In this document: in pieces, positions 47,161 to 57,068 of the stretch | Numbering within the stretch: the stretch's first letter is position 1 | Layout: each line of letters opens with the position of its first letter | NCBI GenBank assembly: GCA_019058315.1 | Contig: JAHPZH010000006.1 | Location: 1-64,000, forward strand | From: Candidatus Helarchaeota archaeon | GTDB lineage: Archaea > Asgardarchaeota > Lokiarchaeia > Helarchaeales > RDOG01 | DNA: 64,000 bases | Reading direction: 5' to 3' | Program-made: the position numbers and the translations under genes | The notes under the pieces: model-generated | The model's database searches: none | The model's input: only the letters and a program-made list of their open reading frames with translations | Told to the model about the DNA's origin: nothing

Positions 47161-49671
47161 TTATTCAAATAATTTTTTTTGAATTTGCTTTTTTTTGGAA
47201 ATTTTGTTTTTATTGGATATTTGAGAAACTTTAGGCATAGATTTTAAATGAACTGGATCTTCATCTTCTAATTTATTCAAAATTTTTTTGGCTCGAATAA
47301 TAATTTCATCTGGGAGTCCCGCTAATCTCGCAACCTGAATTCCAAAACTTCTATCTGAACCGCCTCTAACGATTTTTCTTAAAAATATTATGTGATCTCC
47401 ATGTTCTTTTATTGATATATGATAATTTACTACACGGGACATATAATTCTCTAATTCACATAGTTGGTGATAATGGGTAGCAAATAATGTTTTACATTTT
47501 AAATTATCATGAATGTATTCTACAACAGCCCAAGCAATACTTAAACCATCAAAAGTTGCAGTGCCTCTTCCGAGTTCATCTAAAATTACAAGACTTTTAT
47601 TAGTAGCGTTGTTTAAAATGTTCGCTGTTTCATTCATTTCAACCATAAAAGTACTTCTCATCTTAGTAATTTCATCAAATGCTCCAATTCTAGAAAAAAT
47701 GCGATCCACTACGCAAATTTTTCCAGATGATGCAGGAATAAAACATCCAATTTGTGCCATTATTAGGGTTAAAGCTACTTGTCGAATATAAGTACTTTTA
47801 CCAGCCATGTTTGGACCAGTTAAAATAATAATACAATTTTCATTATCTAAATAAATATCATTAGGAATGAATTGTTCATGTTCTAATAATTGTTCCACGA
47901 CTGGATGTCTTCCGTTTTTGATATCAATTACTGAATCATCAGAAATTATAGGTTTAATATAATTAAATTTTTTACTTATTTCAGCGAAAGTGCTAATTAA
48001 ATCCAAAAATGCAATATTTTTAGCTAATTCTTGAATCTTTTGGGTTTTTCCCATAATCTCATTTCGAATTTCTTGAAAAAGTTCATATTCAATATTTTTT
48101 ATCTTATCATCAGCTGATAGAATTTCAAGCTCCAATTCTTTTAATTCTGGGATTATGAATCGTTCAACATTTTTTAAAGTCTGTTTTCTAACATATCGTT
48201 TCGGGACCGAACTAAGGTTTGATTTTGTTATTTCAACATAGTAACCAATAATTTTGTTATATTTGATTCTTAAATTCTTTATTCCCGTATTATTTTTTTC
48301 CTTATTTTCAAATTCTAAAATTAAATTTTTACTATTTTTAGCCGTTGTCCTTAATTTATCCAACTCAGCATTATAACCTGATTTAATAAAACCTCCCTCT
48401 TTAATAGATGCAGGAGGATCATCCTTAATTGAGATTTCTATTAAATGGATAATTTCTGGAAATGATTGAAGATTAATTATGATATCTCCAATAAGAGGAG
48501 TGTCTTTTATATTTAATTCTTTTAATAGAGGGATAAGTTCTAAAGAATTTTTTAAAATAATTAAATCTCGTGCATTAGCACTGCCATAATTTATTTTAGT
48601 TATTAATCTCTCGATATCTTGAAATTTCTGTAATAATTCCCTTAAGTCATTGCGTATAAATAAAGATTTATATAACTCATCAACGTAATTTAAACGTTTA
48701 TTAATTTCTGGGATTTTTAAAAGTGGTTGTTGAAGCCAACGACGTAATAATCTTCCGCCGATACTTGTGACAGTCTGATCTAAAATTTCTATTAAAGTAC
48801 CTTTACGAGAACCATCATTGATATTTTGAAATATTTCCAAATTTTTCAAAGTGGATAAATCAAGAATCATATGATCAGAAGATTTATGTAATGATAATTT
48901 TCGTATATTAGAAATTTGAGCTTTTTGAGTTTCTTTTAAATATTCAAGGGCAGAACCAGCAGCAATAATAGCTTCTTTTAAATTTTCAATCCCAAAACTT
49001 TCTAAAGATAAAATTTTAAAGTGTTTCGTTAACCCGTCATAAGCATTTTGGTAATAATAATGATAATTTTCAAAAGGACTAATATGTAAATCACGAAATT
49101 CCGATTTAATCTTTTTTAAAAACTCATTATTTTCAAATAAAGTGAAAGGAAGGATACATTCAGAGGGATTAAATTGTGAAATTAAATTTAAAATGGTAGC
49201 CTCAGTCTCCTCTACTTTTTTTTCAACAATTTCACTAACAATAAATTCACCTGTAGAAATGTCAACAAAAGCAAGTCCAAATTTAGGACCTTCTTTAACT
49301 AGGCTCATCAAATAATTATTCACTTTATGGTTTAATAGAAAATCCTCAGTGATTGTTCCGGGCGTAACAATCCGTATCACATCTCTTTTTACTAATTTTC
49401 CTGGAACTGGATCTTCTAATTGTTCACAAATTGCTACTTTATAGCCATTTTTAACTAATGTCGGTAAATATTTATTTAATGTATGATAAGGGATTCCTGC
49501 TAATGGATTTCCTCCTCTCCGAGTTAAAACAATCCCTAATTCTTTTGAAAGAACTTCTGCATCTTGATCAAAGCTTTCATAAAAATCTCCTAATCGAAAT
49601 AATAATATACAGTTTTTATATTTCTTCTTTAATTGATAATATTGCTCCATCATGGGTGTTTTTTTTACCAT
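47161..49671 (-). CDS. mutS: DNA mismatch repair protein MutS (MutS1)
   Basis: TPMMEQY, FRLGDFYE, GPNMAGKST, STFMVEM, DELGRGT, FATHYH, SFGIQVA. Confidence 0.98.
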   Translation of the reverse strand: MVKKTPMMEQYYQLKKKYKNCILLFRLGDFYESFDQDAEVLSKELGIVLTRRGGNPLAGIPYHTLNKYLPTLVKNGYKVAICEQLEDPVPGKLVKRDVIRIVTPGTITEDFLLNHKVNNYLMSLVKEGPKFGLAFVDISTGEFIVSEIVEKKVEETEATILNLISQFNPSECILPFTLFENNEFLKKIKSEFRDLHISPFENYHYYYQNAYDGLTKHFKILSLESFGIENLKEAIIAAGSALEYLKETQKAQISNIRKLSLHKSSDHMILDLSTLKNLEIFQNINDGSRKGTLIEILDQTVTSIGGRLLRRWLQQPLLKIPEINKRLNYVDELYKSLFIRNDLRELLQKFQDIERLITKINYGSANARDLIILKNSLELIPLLKELNIKDTPLIGDIIINLQSFPEIIHLIEISIKDDPPASIKEGGFIKSGYNAELDKLRTTAKNSKNLILEFENKEKNNTGIKNLRIKYNKIIGYYVEITKSNLSSVPKRYVRKQTLKNVERFIIPELKELELEILSADDKIKNIEYELFQEIRNEIMGKTQKIQELAKNIAFLDLISTFAEISKKFNYIKPIISDDSVIDIKNGRHPVVEQLLEHEQFIPNDIYLDNENCIIILTGPNMAGKSTYIRQVALTLIMAQIGCFIPASSGKICVVDRIFSRIGAFDEITKMRSTFMVEMNETANILNNATNKSLVILDELGRGTATFDGLSIAWAVVEYIHDNLKCKTLFATHYHQLCELENYMSRVVNYHISIKEHGDHIIFLRKIVRGGSDRSFGIQVARLAGLPDEIIIRAKKILNKLEDEDPVHLKSMPKVSQISNKNKISKKKQIQKKLFE

Positions 49672-49756
49672 TTGATAGTAGCCTTCTCTCCAATTGACTA
49701 TTATAATTTATATTCTTTTTTACACTTTTTAACCCCTATCATAAAAAAGTCTTAGA

Positions 49757-49868
49757 TGGTGCGGGAGCTGGGAATTTCAGGAATATTAATATATCCCATT
49801 TGAACCCAGGAAGGCCTTCGCACATAGGGACCTGAACCCTACTCCTTTGACCACTTGGATACTCCCGC
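49757..49868 (-). tRNA. tRNA-Leu(CAG) with a 25-nt intron at non-canonical position 59/60 (49774-49798); CCA encoded
   Basis: Acceptor GCGGGAG/CTCCCGC, anticodon stem TAGGG/CCCTA, loop TT-CAG-GT; T arm interrupted by strict BHB CTGGG-TTCA-AA^T-GGGATAT-ATTA-ATATTCC-TGAA-AT^T-CCCAG. Confidence 0.93.
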
Positions 49869-49874
49869 TGATTT

Positions 49875-51344
49875 TTAATTATTCTCAATGGTCTTTTTCA
49901 AATCAAATAATTTTTCAAATGCGAGATCTTTTAATTTCTTGCTTATATATTTTTCTTCATATACTCTATCAAGTTTTTCTTCATCTAAAATTTGTATTTC
50001 ACCATCTATTCTTTTTACTAAATCAATTTCTAAATCTACATATTGTATTCTGAAGGGATTAATATATAATTCAATAGGTGTATTAATATTCCAATAATTT
50101 CCTTTGCTTTTATGGTCTTTAGAAAAATATTCAGTTCTTATGAACCAATCACCAAAATTACAATCAAGTATGGCATAATCACCTTCTTCTTTAATTGCTC
50201 CAATTCCATTATAATAAGATCTTATTCTTCCTCTTAATTCACGTCTTAATTTAATTTTTCCATTATTTTTATTAAAAGAAATTACAGAACCCGGAGAAAG
50301 AAAAAAAATCCTACCATCTATCTTTACATGGTAAATGTTTACAATATCATTTTCATTAGGAAAAAATTGTTTGAAATAATTTTGAGTTTCTTGGATTATT
50401 TCATTCTTATTTTGAGGAATTTTATGAATTAATTCTTCAGCAAAATTTATAAGAAATGAAAAATTTTCTCCGAATATCTTATAATAATGATGATTTGGTA
50501 TTGTAGAAATATTTTCTATCTCACTTCTAATATTATCCAATTCAGATTTTGCAATTGAGGGAAATTCGGCATTAAAAGTTGGAATTCCTTCATAAATTAC
50601 ACCAGGTGCTTCTAATTCTCTGAATTTCTTTATAATTTGGTTTGAAGTATCTGTTAATCTATCTATTTCTTCTATTAAAATATTATCGTCTTCTTGAATC
50701 GTTTCAGCTGCGTTAGTTCTCCATAAAATACCCCAAGTTCGAGGTTTCAAAGAACCGGCTAATTTCATTAAATTTTGTCTTATTTCTTGATCATATATTT
50801 TTTTACTAATTTTATTTGGACTATTTCGAATTAATATTGCGTTAATCCCAGGGATAGTAATATTAGTTGTTAAAATTGCCTTCCTTTTTCCTATACTTGG
50901 TTGTTGAACTTTGGTCATTATAAATTTTCCAATAGGAATTATTTTATTTTCTATAATACCTTTAAATTTTCCAAAATCTAATATTGATGATTGATTATAT
51001 TTATTTATACCAATTACTTTTCCCTTTAATATAGTATCTTTACCTGAAATTGACTTTCGTATTATAACATCCAAAAAATGCTCTTGTAATATTTCAATAA
51101 ATTCATCAATAGCTTCTTTTTTTCCCCAACATAAGATTCCTTGTCTATTCCAAGTATTTTGAATGCTTAAATCGGGCTCTTCAGGAATTATGTTTAAAGA
51201 TAATCTTTCTCTTATTAAATCCGAACTTTGAGTCACTTTAAAATTTTTATCTAGTAAAAATTTAGTTAATGCCGTTGAGTATATACCTCTACAACGAATT
51301 GAAAATTTAGGCTCAGAATCAGTTTCTGGTTCAGAATCAGACAA
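49875..51344 (-). CDS. fau-1: FAU-1 ribonuclease / AU-rich RNA-binding protein (RNase E/G-like + DUF402)
   Basis: RCRGIYSTALTK, WGILWRT, HHYYK, YWNINTPIE, YVDLEIDLV. Confidence 0.9.
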   Translation of the reverse strand: MSDSEPETDSEPKFSIRCRGIYSTALTKFLLDKNFKVTQSSDLIRERLSLNIIPEEPDLSIQNTWNRQGILCWGKKEAIDEFIEILQEHFLDVIIRKSISGKDTILKGKVIGINKYNQSSILDFGKFKGIIENKIIPIGKFIMTKVQQPSIGKRKAILTTNITIPGINAILIRNSPNKISKKIYDQEIRQNLMKLAGSLKPRTWGILWRTNAAETIQEDDNILIEEIDRLTDTSNQIIKKFRELEAPGVIYEGIPTFNAEFPSIAKSELDNIRSEIENISTIPNHHYYKIFGENFSFLINFAEELIHKIPQNKNEIIQETQNYFKQFFPNENDIVNIYHVKIDGRIFFLSPGSVISFNKNNGKIKLRRELRGRIRSYYNGIGAIKEEGDYAILDCNFGDWFIRTEYFSKDHKSKGNYWNINTPIELYINPFRIQYVDLEIDLVKRIDGEIQILDEEKLDRVYEEKYISKKLKDLAFEKLFDLKKTIENN

Positions 51345-51395
51345 TTTGATACCTCAAATTTATATTATAATAATTAAAGAATGAAATTAATTTCT

Positions 51396-52235
51396 TTATA
51401 ATTCAAAGGTCTTTTTTGCAAGTTCTGTAAATGCACTATTTACATTTTCTCCCGTTTTTGCAGACGTTTTATAAAATAAAGCATGAACCTTGGAAAATAA
51501 TTTTTTAATATCATTTTGGGAGACTTCATGTTTTTCGAGATCTATTTTATTACCAAAAATCGCCAAAGGGATTTTACCAGTCCATTTTATAATATCTTCC
51601 TTCCATTTTTTTATAGATTTAAATGTAACTTTTCTAGTAATATCAAATACTATTATAGCACAATTTGCACCTTGATAATAAAAATTTCTGATATCATGGA
51701 ATTGCTCATGACCTCCAATATCCCAGACAGTCATAGCTACATGCATTCCTGGGAGTTTTACAATCTTAAGGTTGAAGTCAGCTCCTAATGTGGGGGAATA
51801 CGAGTCATCAAATTTATTTTCTGCGAATCTTCTAATTAAAGAGCTTTTACCAACTGCAGGATCACCAACAACAACAACTTTTAAGGAATATTTTCCCTCA
51901 GTTACTTCTTCTTTTTCTTCGACTTTTTTTTCACGTTCAGGTATCGATAGATGACGCATCTTTTTAGGAATTTTTAATTCATCATATAATTTTTTAGCAA
52001 TCTCAAAATGTTTGTTTGCTTCATCTTGCCTGCCAATAGGCCAATAAGTATTTCCAATTTCAATTTCTACATTGGCTCTTTCTTTAGTCATTCCGAGTTT
52101 TGTATAAATTTCAACTACACTTTCCCAACACTTTACTGCCTCAGAAAAAAAACCATCATCTCGTGCTTTTAATCCTTTTTGAATTAAATTTTCTGCTTTT
52201 TCTTTATCTATCGAATTATCTTTCAATTTAAACAC
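51396..52235 (-). CDS. Rab-like small GTPase with N-terminal TPR/SNAP-like helices
   Basis: GDPAVGKS, PTLGADF, WDIGGH, GNKID, KTSAK; N-terminal A..C.E.....Y...G helices. Confidence 0.88.
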   Translation of the reverse strand: MFKLKDNSIDKEKAENLIQKGLKARDDGFFSEAVKCWESVVEIYTKLGMTKERANVEIEIGNTYWPIGRQDEANKHFEIAKKLYDELKIPKKMRHLSIPEREKKVEEKEEVTEGKYSLKVVVVGDPAVGKSSLIRRFAENKFDDSYSPTLGADFNLKIVKLPGMHVAMTVWDIGGHEQFHDIRNFYYQGANCAIIVFDITRKVTFKSIKKWKEDIIKWTGKIPLAIFGNKIDLEKHEVSQNDIKKLFSKVHALFYKTSAKTGENVNSAFTELAKKTFEL

Positions 52236-52441
52236 TCATAAAGATATTAATATTTTAATTCTATGTAACTTAATTTTTTAATATAAAATAATTAAGTTTT
52301 TCACTTAAAATTTAGGAAAAATCAAAAAATAACTTAAAGGCGAGAGAAAAAATTAGTTAAAATTAATTAATGATTGGATATAGTTTTTTTTTTAATTTTG
52401 AGGTTAATATAATGATGATAAGGAATAATAAAAAGAGTGAA

Positions 52442-52747
52442 ATGGTAGAAACTGATTTATATGAATTAAATTTACCAGGACAATTCATATTAAAAGAAGT
52501 AGTGGATAAAGATTCAAAACGCATAGGGGTTGTAAGAAATATTCGGTTAAAATTTCCTCAAAAAGTGGAATTAATTGTTAAAGGCATTGATATCGAGGTT
52601 CCAATAGATTTTAAAAATATTCAAAAAGTTGGTACAATTATTCAATTAAAAACAAAGATTAAAATTGCCGAAGAATGCGATGTTTCTGAAGTAGTTAGAT
52701 TAAGAAAAGAAATTGAACAAGAAATAAGTGAAATTTATACTGGTTAA
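52442..52747 (+). CDS. PRC-barrel domain protein
   Basis: KEVVDKDSKRIGVVRNI...VPIDFKNIQKVGTIIQLK; start probably ATG 52442. Confidence 0.75.
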   Translation: MVETDLYELNLPGQFILKEVVDKDSKRIGVVRNIRLKFPQKVELIVKGIDIEVPIDFKNIQKVGTIIQLKTKIKIAEECDVSEVVRLRKEIEQEISEIYTG

Positions 52748-52780
52748 AAATAAATAAATTAGTAAAATTCTTTTAATATT

Positions 52781-53155
52781 CTAACCATTATAACCAGTAG
52801 ATTTGGAAATCCTTTTAATTCGTTCAATAGACTCTAAATAAGCTATTAATAATCGAAGATAAGAATTTAGGTTATCAATATCTTTTTCTTTCTCAATTAT
52901 TTTGGTTAATTCTTCAATTTTGCTATTAATCACTTCATTTAATTTGGCTAGCATAGATTCTTGTATGATAGATATAGCTTCTTTGTCATCTGTGATTTTA
53001 ATAACTTGTTTATTACAAGATGGGCAGAATAATAAATCATTTTTTAAAAATAATGGCGAATTACATGATGGACAAATGTCAGAGGTCATGGTATAACCTT
53101 GTTTCAACATTTCTGCCATCTTTTTAATTTTGTCATCTTCTTTTTTATCTTCCAA
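52781..53155 (-). CDS. Sjogren syndrome/scleroderma autoantigen 1 (autoantigen p27) family zinc-ribbon protein
   Basis: KMAEMLKQGYTMTSDICPSCNSPLF...FCPSC. Confidence 0.88.
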   Translation of the reverse strand: MEDKKEDDKIKKMAEMLKQGYTMTSDICPSCNSPLFLKNDLLFCPSCNKQVIKITDDKEAISIIQESMLAKLNEVINSKIEELTKIIEKEKDIDNLNSYLRLLIAYLESIERIKRISKSTGYNG

Positions 53156-53274
53156 AACAAATTCTCCAATTAATTTATGTAAATTTGATTTTTTCTAATA
53201 TTTAATAAACAAATAATTCATTATCAAATTAATATGTAATTTACAGAATTTTATTATATCTGATTAGAAAGTAT

Positions 53275-54564
53275 GTGATAATCATGTCCGACGATTGGGG
53301 ATTCATGAAAGATGCAATATATGGGTATATTATTATATCTAAAAACCAAAAAGAAATAATTGATACATATCCTATGCAAAGATTGAGAAGAATTAGACAA
53401 TTAGCTGGGTCAGAATATGTCTATATGGGAGCGACGCATTGCCGTTTTTCTCACTCATTAGGAGTTTCTCATTTAGCCGAACAATTAATAACAAATCTTT
53501 CTAGAGAAGTTGAGATCTCACCAACTCAAATCGAAAAGGTTAAAATTGCCGCTATGCTTCATGATGTAGGTCATGGTCCTTTTTCTCATATATCAGAATC
53601 ATTATTGATTAATTACTTAGGAAAAACTCATGAAGATATGACTAGCTGGCTAATTCAAAAATCAGTATTACAGGACAAATTAGAAAAAATCGGACATAAT
53701 TCTGATGAAATTTCAAAATTAGCAGTTGGTAAATTGAGAAAAAATGGGGAATTTTTCATGGATCAAATTATTTCTAGTTCCGTAGATGTCGATGCCCTCG
53801 ATTATATAGTTCGAGATAGTCGATTTTCCGGTGCAGAATATGGATTCGTAGATATTTTTAGATTAATTTATTCTATGAATATTATTTCTCCAAATGGAGA
53901 TTTAGCAATTGATTTAACAGCATTATCCGCCTTGGAAGCATTTTTATTAGCCAGATTTGAATCTTTTAAGAGTATTTATTTCCATAAAACTTCTCGCGCA
54001 GTTCAAATTATGATATGTGATGCACTCGATAAAGCAAAGGAAGAATTAAATTTTCTTGATATAAAAAATCCAGAAGACTATTTGAAATGGGACGATTATA
54101 CTACTTGGACCATGTTAAAAAACTCGAAGGGGGCAAATGCTATTATAAATGATTTATGTCATAGGAGATTATTAAAAGTTGCATATGAACAGACTTCACA
54201 TGTAAAAGAAGAAATTTTTCCCACAATTGTTACAAAGGATAAAGTTCGTTTACAAATTGAAGAAGAAATAGCAGAAATAGCAGGTATTGATCCTGATAAA
54301 GTGTGGATTGACGTCCCGAATTTACCTTCAGTCCCTTATCGTCATTCAATTCACTTTGAACCTATGGAAATTCCAGTATTTCAAAAAACACGTGACGGAA
54401 AGAAGATTAAAAAACGAATTACGGAAATTTCTAACGTGATAAGAGTATTAAAAGGATTTTTAAATATTGTTAGAGTTTACACCTTTGATGATAAAAGAGA
54501 TGTAGTCTCAAAAGCAGCAGAAAAGGTTTTTGGAATTCCTTCAAGTGCAAAAATTTCTATGTGA
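53275..54564 (+). CDS. HD-domain phosphohydrolase (dNTPase/SAMHD1-like)
   Basis: QRLRRIRQL, HCRFSHSLG, LHDVGHGPFSH, DVDALDYIVRD, YFHKT. Confidence 0.92.
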   Translation: MIIMSDDWGFMKDAIYGYIIISKNQKEIIDTYPMQRLRRIRQLAGSEYVYMGATHCRFSHSLGVSHLAEQLITNLSREVEISPTQIEKVKIAAMLHDVGHGPFSHISESLLINYLGKTHEDMTSWLIQKSVLQDKLEKIGHNSDEISKLAVGKLRKNGEFFMDQIISSSVDVDALDYIVRDSRFSGAEYGFVDIFRLIYSMNIISPNGDLAIDLTALSALEAFLLARFESFKSIYFHKTSRAVQIMICDALDKAKEELNFLDIKNPEDYLKWDDYTTWTMLKNSKGANAIINDLCHRRLLKVAYEQTSHVKEEIFPTIVTKDKVRLQIEEEIAEIAGIDPDKVWIDVPNLPSVPYRHSIHFEPMEIPVFQKTRDGKKIKKRITEISNVIRVLKGFLNIVRVYTFDDKRDVVSKAAEKVFGIPSSAKISM

Positions 54565-55039
54565 TCAACAAATCCTTTTCAAGAGTGATTTTATTATAAA
54601 TTTCTTTCATAATCATATTAGCTTTAGCATGAAGTATATCGTCAAATGAATAATTCTTAATAAAAATGTTTATACACATATTTGAATAAATTTCTAGTAA
54701 TTTAGCTAGTTTTAAACTTTTCTGGTAACTTTGTATTAACAGAAATTTGTCATTTTCAAAAGGTTTCATACTAGAAGAGGATTTTATTTTTTTAATAATT
54801 TGTTGTTTGTTAATACCTTTTTTTAAAAGCGTTTTATTATGAAATGTTGAAAAATTTGCATTATTAAAATATTTTTCATTTAATTGATTAATTTCAATTT
54901 GAAAAAAATTAGTTATTTCATTCATCTTATTATTTAACAATTCAGAAAAATTCTCCATATTATCTAAAAATATTTTAATAATTTGAATAATGTTATATGG
55001 TGTATTTATATTATCTGCCTCTTTTTTCAATTTAATCAT
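54557..55039 (-). CDS. Hypothetical protein
   Basis: 160-aa ORF filling the gap; no recognised motif. Confidence 0.45.
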   Translation of the reverse strand: MIKLKKEADNINTPYNIIQIIKIFLDNMENFSELLNNKMNEITNFFQIEINQLNEKYFNNANFSTFHNKTLLKKGINKQQIIKKIKSSSSMKPFENDKFLLIQSYQKSLKLAKLLEIYSNMCINIFIKNYSFDDILHAKANMIMKEIYNKITLEKDLLIT

Positions 55040-55232
55040 TTTATAATTTTATTATTGTTAATTTGCGCATTAAATATAATAAAATCTATTGCTAAAACTA
55101 ATTAAACTGTTATATTTTAATATTTAAACCACATCTCTTATTATTGCGCAACTGATATGATCAATAAATGGATTTATAGAATTTTTAAGGAGGAAGTTTA
55201 TTATTAATTAACGAAATATTTTTGGATGAAAA

Positions 55233-55841
55233 ATGATTAATTTTAAATGTTTAAGGTGTGGTAATTGCTGCAAACAAAGATATGTTTGCATTTACTATTC
55301 AGAATTAAACAAATTAGAAAAATTAAAGAATAAAACTAATAAAGACATTAATTTAATTCCCTTTCGTTATTACGTTGATAAAATAAATGAGATAATAATC
55401 GATGTAATCTATAGAATCGATTCAAAACCATGTCCTTTTCTGAAAAATAATTTATGTGGAATCCAGAATGAAAAATTTATATCTTGTAAAAAATTTCCTA
55501 TAGCAACCTGGATAGATCTAGGTTTTTTTTCCAAATTAGGTTTTAATAGGTTATATTTTGAATTAGATAATCATTGTTCTTTTCTTATAAAGAATAAGAA
55601 TTATTTAAATTCAATCAAGAAATTAAAATTAGAAGATATCTTTAAAGAAGAAGTGTATGCAAACCTTGAGGATCATAAAATTTGGACCTTAATAAACTCA
55701 AAAATAAAGAAAATTGTAAAAGAAAAGAAGTTGGACATAATAATCGATTATAAATTAAGAAAAAAAGATTCAAATTATGTTAATAAAATTTTGAAAAAAT
55801 GGTCTCATAAACCTGTGCATGTTTATTTTGAGGAACTATAA
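55233..55841 (+). CDS. YkgJ-family cysteine-cluster protein
   Basis: FKCLRCGNCC...PCPFL...CGI..K..SCKKFP. Confidence 0.85.
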   Translation: MINFKCLRCGNCCKQRYVCIYYSELNKLEKLKNKTNKDINLIPFRYYVDKINEIIIDVIYRIDSKPCPFLKNNLCGIQNEKFISCKKFPIATWIDLGFFSKLGFNRLYFELDNHCSFLIKNKNYLNSIKKLKLEDIFKEEVYANLEDHKIWTLINSKIKKIVKEKKLDIIIDYKLRKKDSNYVNKILKKWSHKPVHVYFEEL

Positions 55842-55865
55842 TTACTATTTTTTATGATTAAATTG

Positions 55866-56054
55866 TTACCCAAAACCTAATTGTCCAAAAAGTGCAAAAA
55901 TCGAACTTGATAACCACTGAAAAATTCCAAAAATTAAGCCGATTATGATTATTATCATTGCAATTGATAGTCCTAATAACAAAGCTTCTTCAGTTATTGG
56001 TCCAACTAATGTAATTAAAGAAAAAGATTTTGAATTTTTAAATTTCCAATTCAT
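55866..56054 (-). CDS. Small single-TM protein, pilin-like N-terminus
   Basis: Basic N-terminus, VGPITEEALLLG, then a long hydrophobic helix. Confidence 0.55.
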   Translation of the reverse strand: MNWKFKNSKSFSLITLVGPITEEALLLGLSIAMIIIIIGLIFGIFQWLSSSIFALFGQLGFG

Positions 56055-56142
56055 TTTAATTCTAAAATAATCCTTATCAAACTATTTAAACTCAAATTTT
56101 TATATCGAAGTCCTAAAAGTATTGAATATATGATAAATTCAG

Positions 56143-57015
56143 TCAAATTTTCAATAAATTGAATACAGAAATTATATCATTTATTGAAAAATCATCAGAA
56201 AGTAAATTTAAAATTGATTGTCGATTATAAATTTTATTACTATTTATGGTTAGAATCTTTTTTCCAATATTTATTCCATTAACATTTAATTTTGATTCAT
56301 ATTTTGACAGAAATTCTTGTTCTCTTTCCCATAATAATATAGTTTTAATCCATAACTTGCTTAGCCCCTGTAAAATAATTGGAGAGACATATGTTGTCCA
56401 ATTACCACCATGAGCACAATGACCAATCCATAGTTTCTGTTCTTTATTCCAAGTAAAGACATTTGTGATTAATGGATATTTTGAGCAAGTTGGTGGTTTA
56501 TATTTATGAATTAAACAACATTTTTTGTCGAAATCGAATGCAATACAAAATTTTTCATCATTTATTTCTTTTAATTTTAATTTGTATTTACCATTCTTTT
56601 TATAAAAATTTTCAAAAGGAAAAATTCTTTCAGATATTATTCTATTATAGTCAATTAATTCAACAGAATAATTACCATGACAACAACCATGAAAATCTCG
56701 ACATTCTGTTAAACAATCAGGAGATTTTTTTGCAATTCTATTTAAAAACGCACCTCGAATTAAATCATAAAGCTTTATCGAATCGTGAATAAAAGATTTA
56801 GAAAATAAATCTTTTAAATAATTTTGAAATTTTAAAATTTTATTTAAATTTAATTCTTGGTTTGTAAATTCATTAAATTTTTCTAGATTTGCTTTTTGGA
56901 ACTCAAAATCTAAATCTGGTATAACTAATTGATTCAAAATTAGTTCAAAAATTTCAAATATTTTAATAAAGTAATGATTTTTTATGAAATACTTAAGATT
57001 TATGACTTTCTGCAT
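56143..57015 (-). CDS. YkgJ-family cysteine-cluster protein
   Basis: C..EC....GCC...CIAFD....CLIHKYKPPTCSKYP. Confidence 0.8.
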   Translation of the reverse strand: MQKVINLKYFIKNHYFIKIFEIFELILNQLVIPDLDFEFQKANLEKFNEFTNQELNLNKILKFQNYLKDLFSKSFIHDSIKLYDLIRGAFLNRIAKKSPDCLTECRDFHGCCHGNYSVELIDYNRIISERIFPFENFYKKNGKYKLKLKEINDEKFCIAFDFDKKCCLIHKYKPPTCSKYPLITNVFTWNKEQKLWIGHCAHGGNWTTYVSPIILQGLSKLWIKTILLWEREQEFLSKYESKLNVNGINIGKKILTINSNKIYNRQSILNLLSDDFSINDIISVFNLLKI

Positions 57016-57068
57016 TATCTGATTCCTTAAAGAATTATTTAATGAGAATTAGAATAGATTCAATAGGA

